From Acidobacterium sp. (GTDB taxonomy: Bacteria; Acidobacteriota; Terriglobia; Terriglobales; Acidobacteriaceae), in NCBI GenBank assembly GCA_027323785.1, contig DAHVZZ010000347.1:1-27876 (forward strand): DNA of 27,876 bases, in the 5' to 3' direction. The position numbers were made by a program, and so were the translations under genes. Positions 26,260 to 27,876 of the stretch are shown one piece after another. Numbering within the stretch: the stretch's first letter is position 1; the number at the start of each line of letters is the position of its first letter. The notes under the pieces were generated by a model, which saw nothing but the letters and a program-made list of their open reading frames with translations, was not told where the DNA came from and searched no databases.

Positions 26260-27053
26260 CGCGTCCCTCCGGTGCATTCCAGCCATGTGCGGAGAAAATC
26301 CAGCAGCTCCTGTGGCGGGCGGATCCAGCACTGGGCATGCGTTTCCCGCCATGCGGAGCGAACCAGCACCGTCAGGGCGCCCGTGTCGCGAAGCGCCAGA
26401 AAAGCATCCTCGTCCGTCGTATCGTCGCCCAGATAAGCGAGCGGCGTGCCCGGCTCAAGCTCGCCCAGCAAAACGCGAACCGCGCTCCCTTTGTTCGGTT
26501 CCGAGGGACGCAGTTCGATGCCCCCGTCGAACTCCAGCAGTGCGATCCCTGTGCGCTCGGCGATGGAAGCGAAAGCGCTGTGTGCTTCGGCGGTCAGCTT
26601 CTCCACCTGATCCCTGGCTTGCCCGCGCCAGTGCAGCGCAACGCTGCCCGGCTTGAATTCCGCCATCCCGCGCAAATCGCGGCCGTCGATCCACGTCGTG
26701 GCTTCATCGAGTGCCGCGCGATCCGCGGGACGGATCTCCGCCATCTCCGAGCTGCCATCTGGCCGCAGCCGCTGCCGTCCATGCGCTCCCCAGATTTCAG
26801 GCGCTGGTTCCACTCCAAGCAGGCGGCGCACTTCCTCTGCCGGCCGGCCGCTGATCAATACCACCCGGGTCCGCCCCCAGGCCTGAATGTCGCGAATCAG
26901 AGCCGCCACGCCGGGGTAGGGAACTGCCGCATCGCGATCCACCTGAAACGGAGCCAGCGTTCCGTCGTAGTCGAGTGCCAGCGCGCCGTCTCCGCGCGAA
27001 CGCAGCCGCTCGAAGAAGGGCCTAAATTGAAGATGTGGCTCTATCTCCTCCAT
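26256..27053 (-). CDS. otsB: Trehalose-6-phosphate phosphatase (HAD family)
   Basis: LDYDGTL (HAD motif I), LISGR, GAHG, EFKPGSVALHWR, NKGSAV, YLGDDTTDEDAF. Confidence 0.95.
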   Translation of the reverse strand: MEEIEPHLQFRPFFERLRSRGDGALALDYDGTLAPFQVDRDAAVPYPGVAALIRDIQAWGRTRVVLISGRPAEEVRRLLGVEPAPEIWGAHGRQRLRPDGSSEMAEIRPADRAALDEATTWIDGRDLRGMAEFKPGSVALHWRGQARDQVEKLTAEAHSAFASIAERTGIALLEFDGGIELRPSEPNKGSAVRVLLGELEPGTPLAYLGDDTTDEDAFLALRDTGALTVLVRSAWRETHAQCWIRPPQELLDFLRTWLECTGGTR

Positions 27054-27189
27054 CTCTTTCTCTTATAACAAGCGGCCAGGTGCGATGCGGCACATCATGG
27101 GCTCTGGTGAAATTATCCTTGCTGCGCGCCGAAGACAAATTGTCAGCACTATGCCTGCGCCCCGCAGCGTCAAAGGAGTCAAAAGAACC

Positions 27190-27876
27190 TTAACGTTTCT
27201 GCCCGGCGATGACGGGATCGATCCAGGGTCCGTCCTGGCCGATTAACTGACCCGCCTCTTCCGGTCCCCACGTCCCGGGTAGATAGGAATAGGCCGGAGT
27301 TACGTTGCCCAGAACCGGCGTAACCACCCGCCATTGCGCCTCCACCAGATCCTGCCGCGAGAACAACTCGCTGCTGCCGCGGCTCGCGTCTCCCAGCAGC
27401 CGCTCGTACGGCGGCATGTCATCCATTGCCTGGCGATGAAGATCCAGCTCCACGTCCCGGCCAATCATCCGTTCCCCCGGTACCTTCACGCGCACGCCCA
27501 GACCGATCGCGAAATCCGGGCTCACCCGGATGCGCATGTGCGCCGATCCCGTCGGCACGATCTCGCCAAACGTCTCGCGCGGCGGACGCTTGAACTCCAC
27601 CGTGGCCTCCGTGCATGTCACCGGCAGCATCTTCCCCGCGCGCACGTAAATCGGAACCCCCGCCCAGCGCCAGCTGTCGATGTGCAGCCGAATGGCGACA
27701 AATGTTTCCACGTTTGACCCGGGCGACACTCCCGCAACCGATCGGTATCCCTCGTACTGTCCCCGCACCACCGCATCCGGCGTCAGCGGACGAATCGCGC
27801 GCATCAGTTCCGCCTTGCGGTTGCGCGTCGCATCGCGATCTTCGCCCGTCGGAGGATCGATCGTCAGGTTGGCCAC
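27190..27876 (-). CDS. zwf: Glucose-6-phosphate 1-dehydrogenase, C-terminal part (5' end beyond window)
   Basis: VVRGQY.GY, VETFVA, WRWAGVPIYVRAGK, PYERLLGDA..G....F.R.D.VEAQW, Y..GTWGP. Confidence 0.93.
   Translation of the reverse strand: MANLTIDPPTGEDRDATRNRKAELMRAIRPLTPDAVVRGQYEGYRSVAGVSPGSNVETFVAIRLHIDSWRWAGVPIYVRAGKMLPVTCTEATVEFKRPPRETFGEIVPTGSAHMRIRVSPDFAIGLGVRVKVPGERMIGRDVELDLHRQAMDDMPPYERLLGDASRGSSELFSRQDLVEAQWRVVTPVLGNVTPAYSYLPGTWGPEEAGQLIGQDGPWIDPVIAGQKR

Noticed and set aside
27054-27189. TTGTCT-N15-GATAAT as an internal promoter for otsB
   Set aside because: Spacer is short and the match weak; not supportable without TSS data.
1-27876. CRISPR array, tRNA/rRNA, IS element, integrase or defence system
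   Set aside because: No regularly spaced repeats with unique spacers, no cloverleaf or rRNA-like segments, no transposase/recombinase or nuclease motifs, and no terminal inverted repeats with target duplications seen.

Overview
GC-rich bacterial window, most likely Acidobacteriota (inferred from protein families and gene neighbourhood; no rRNA or marker gene present). I found no tRNA, rRNA, CRISPR array, transposase or integrase. From left to right: (1) partial fibronectin-III protein, FAH-family hydrolase and transaldolase with an intrinsic terminator; (2) a minus-strand cluster of ECF sigma factor fused to a zinc-finger (ZAS) domain, TolC, MFP, RND permease, DUF2892, SAM methyltransferase and OsmC; (3) a trehalose-6-phosphate synthase whose N-terminus has sensor-like TM-extracytoplasmic-TM topology; (4) a NarL-type regulator with a degenerate receiver behind a candidate sigma54 promoter, convergent with an NtrB-like kinase; (5) a DUF2231 membrane protein and a signal-peptide-bearing rubrerythrin homolog with broken di-iron motifs; (6) a small Zn-ribbon ORF; (7) a partner-switching module (DUF4118-PAS-GAF-PP2C-RsbW-like fusion plus STAS) tightly linked to glycogen phosphorylase; (8) a minus-strand run of zwf (partial), otsB, otsA, a PRC-barrel protein and a small acidic ORF. 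Enzymes around the glucose-6-phosphate node (zwf, tal, glgP, two otsA, otsB) are concentrated with several unusual signalling proteins. The best candidates for undescribed systems are the receptor-like TPS, the partner switch linked to glgP, the ECF-ZAS efflux/thiol cluster and the exported pseudo-rubrerythrin. Several starts were moved from the ORF track to RBS-supported codons. All family calls come from motif recognition by eye; no database search was run.
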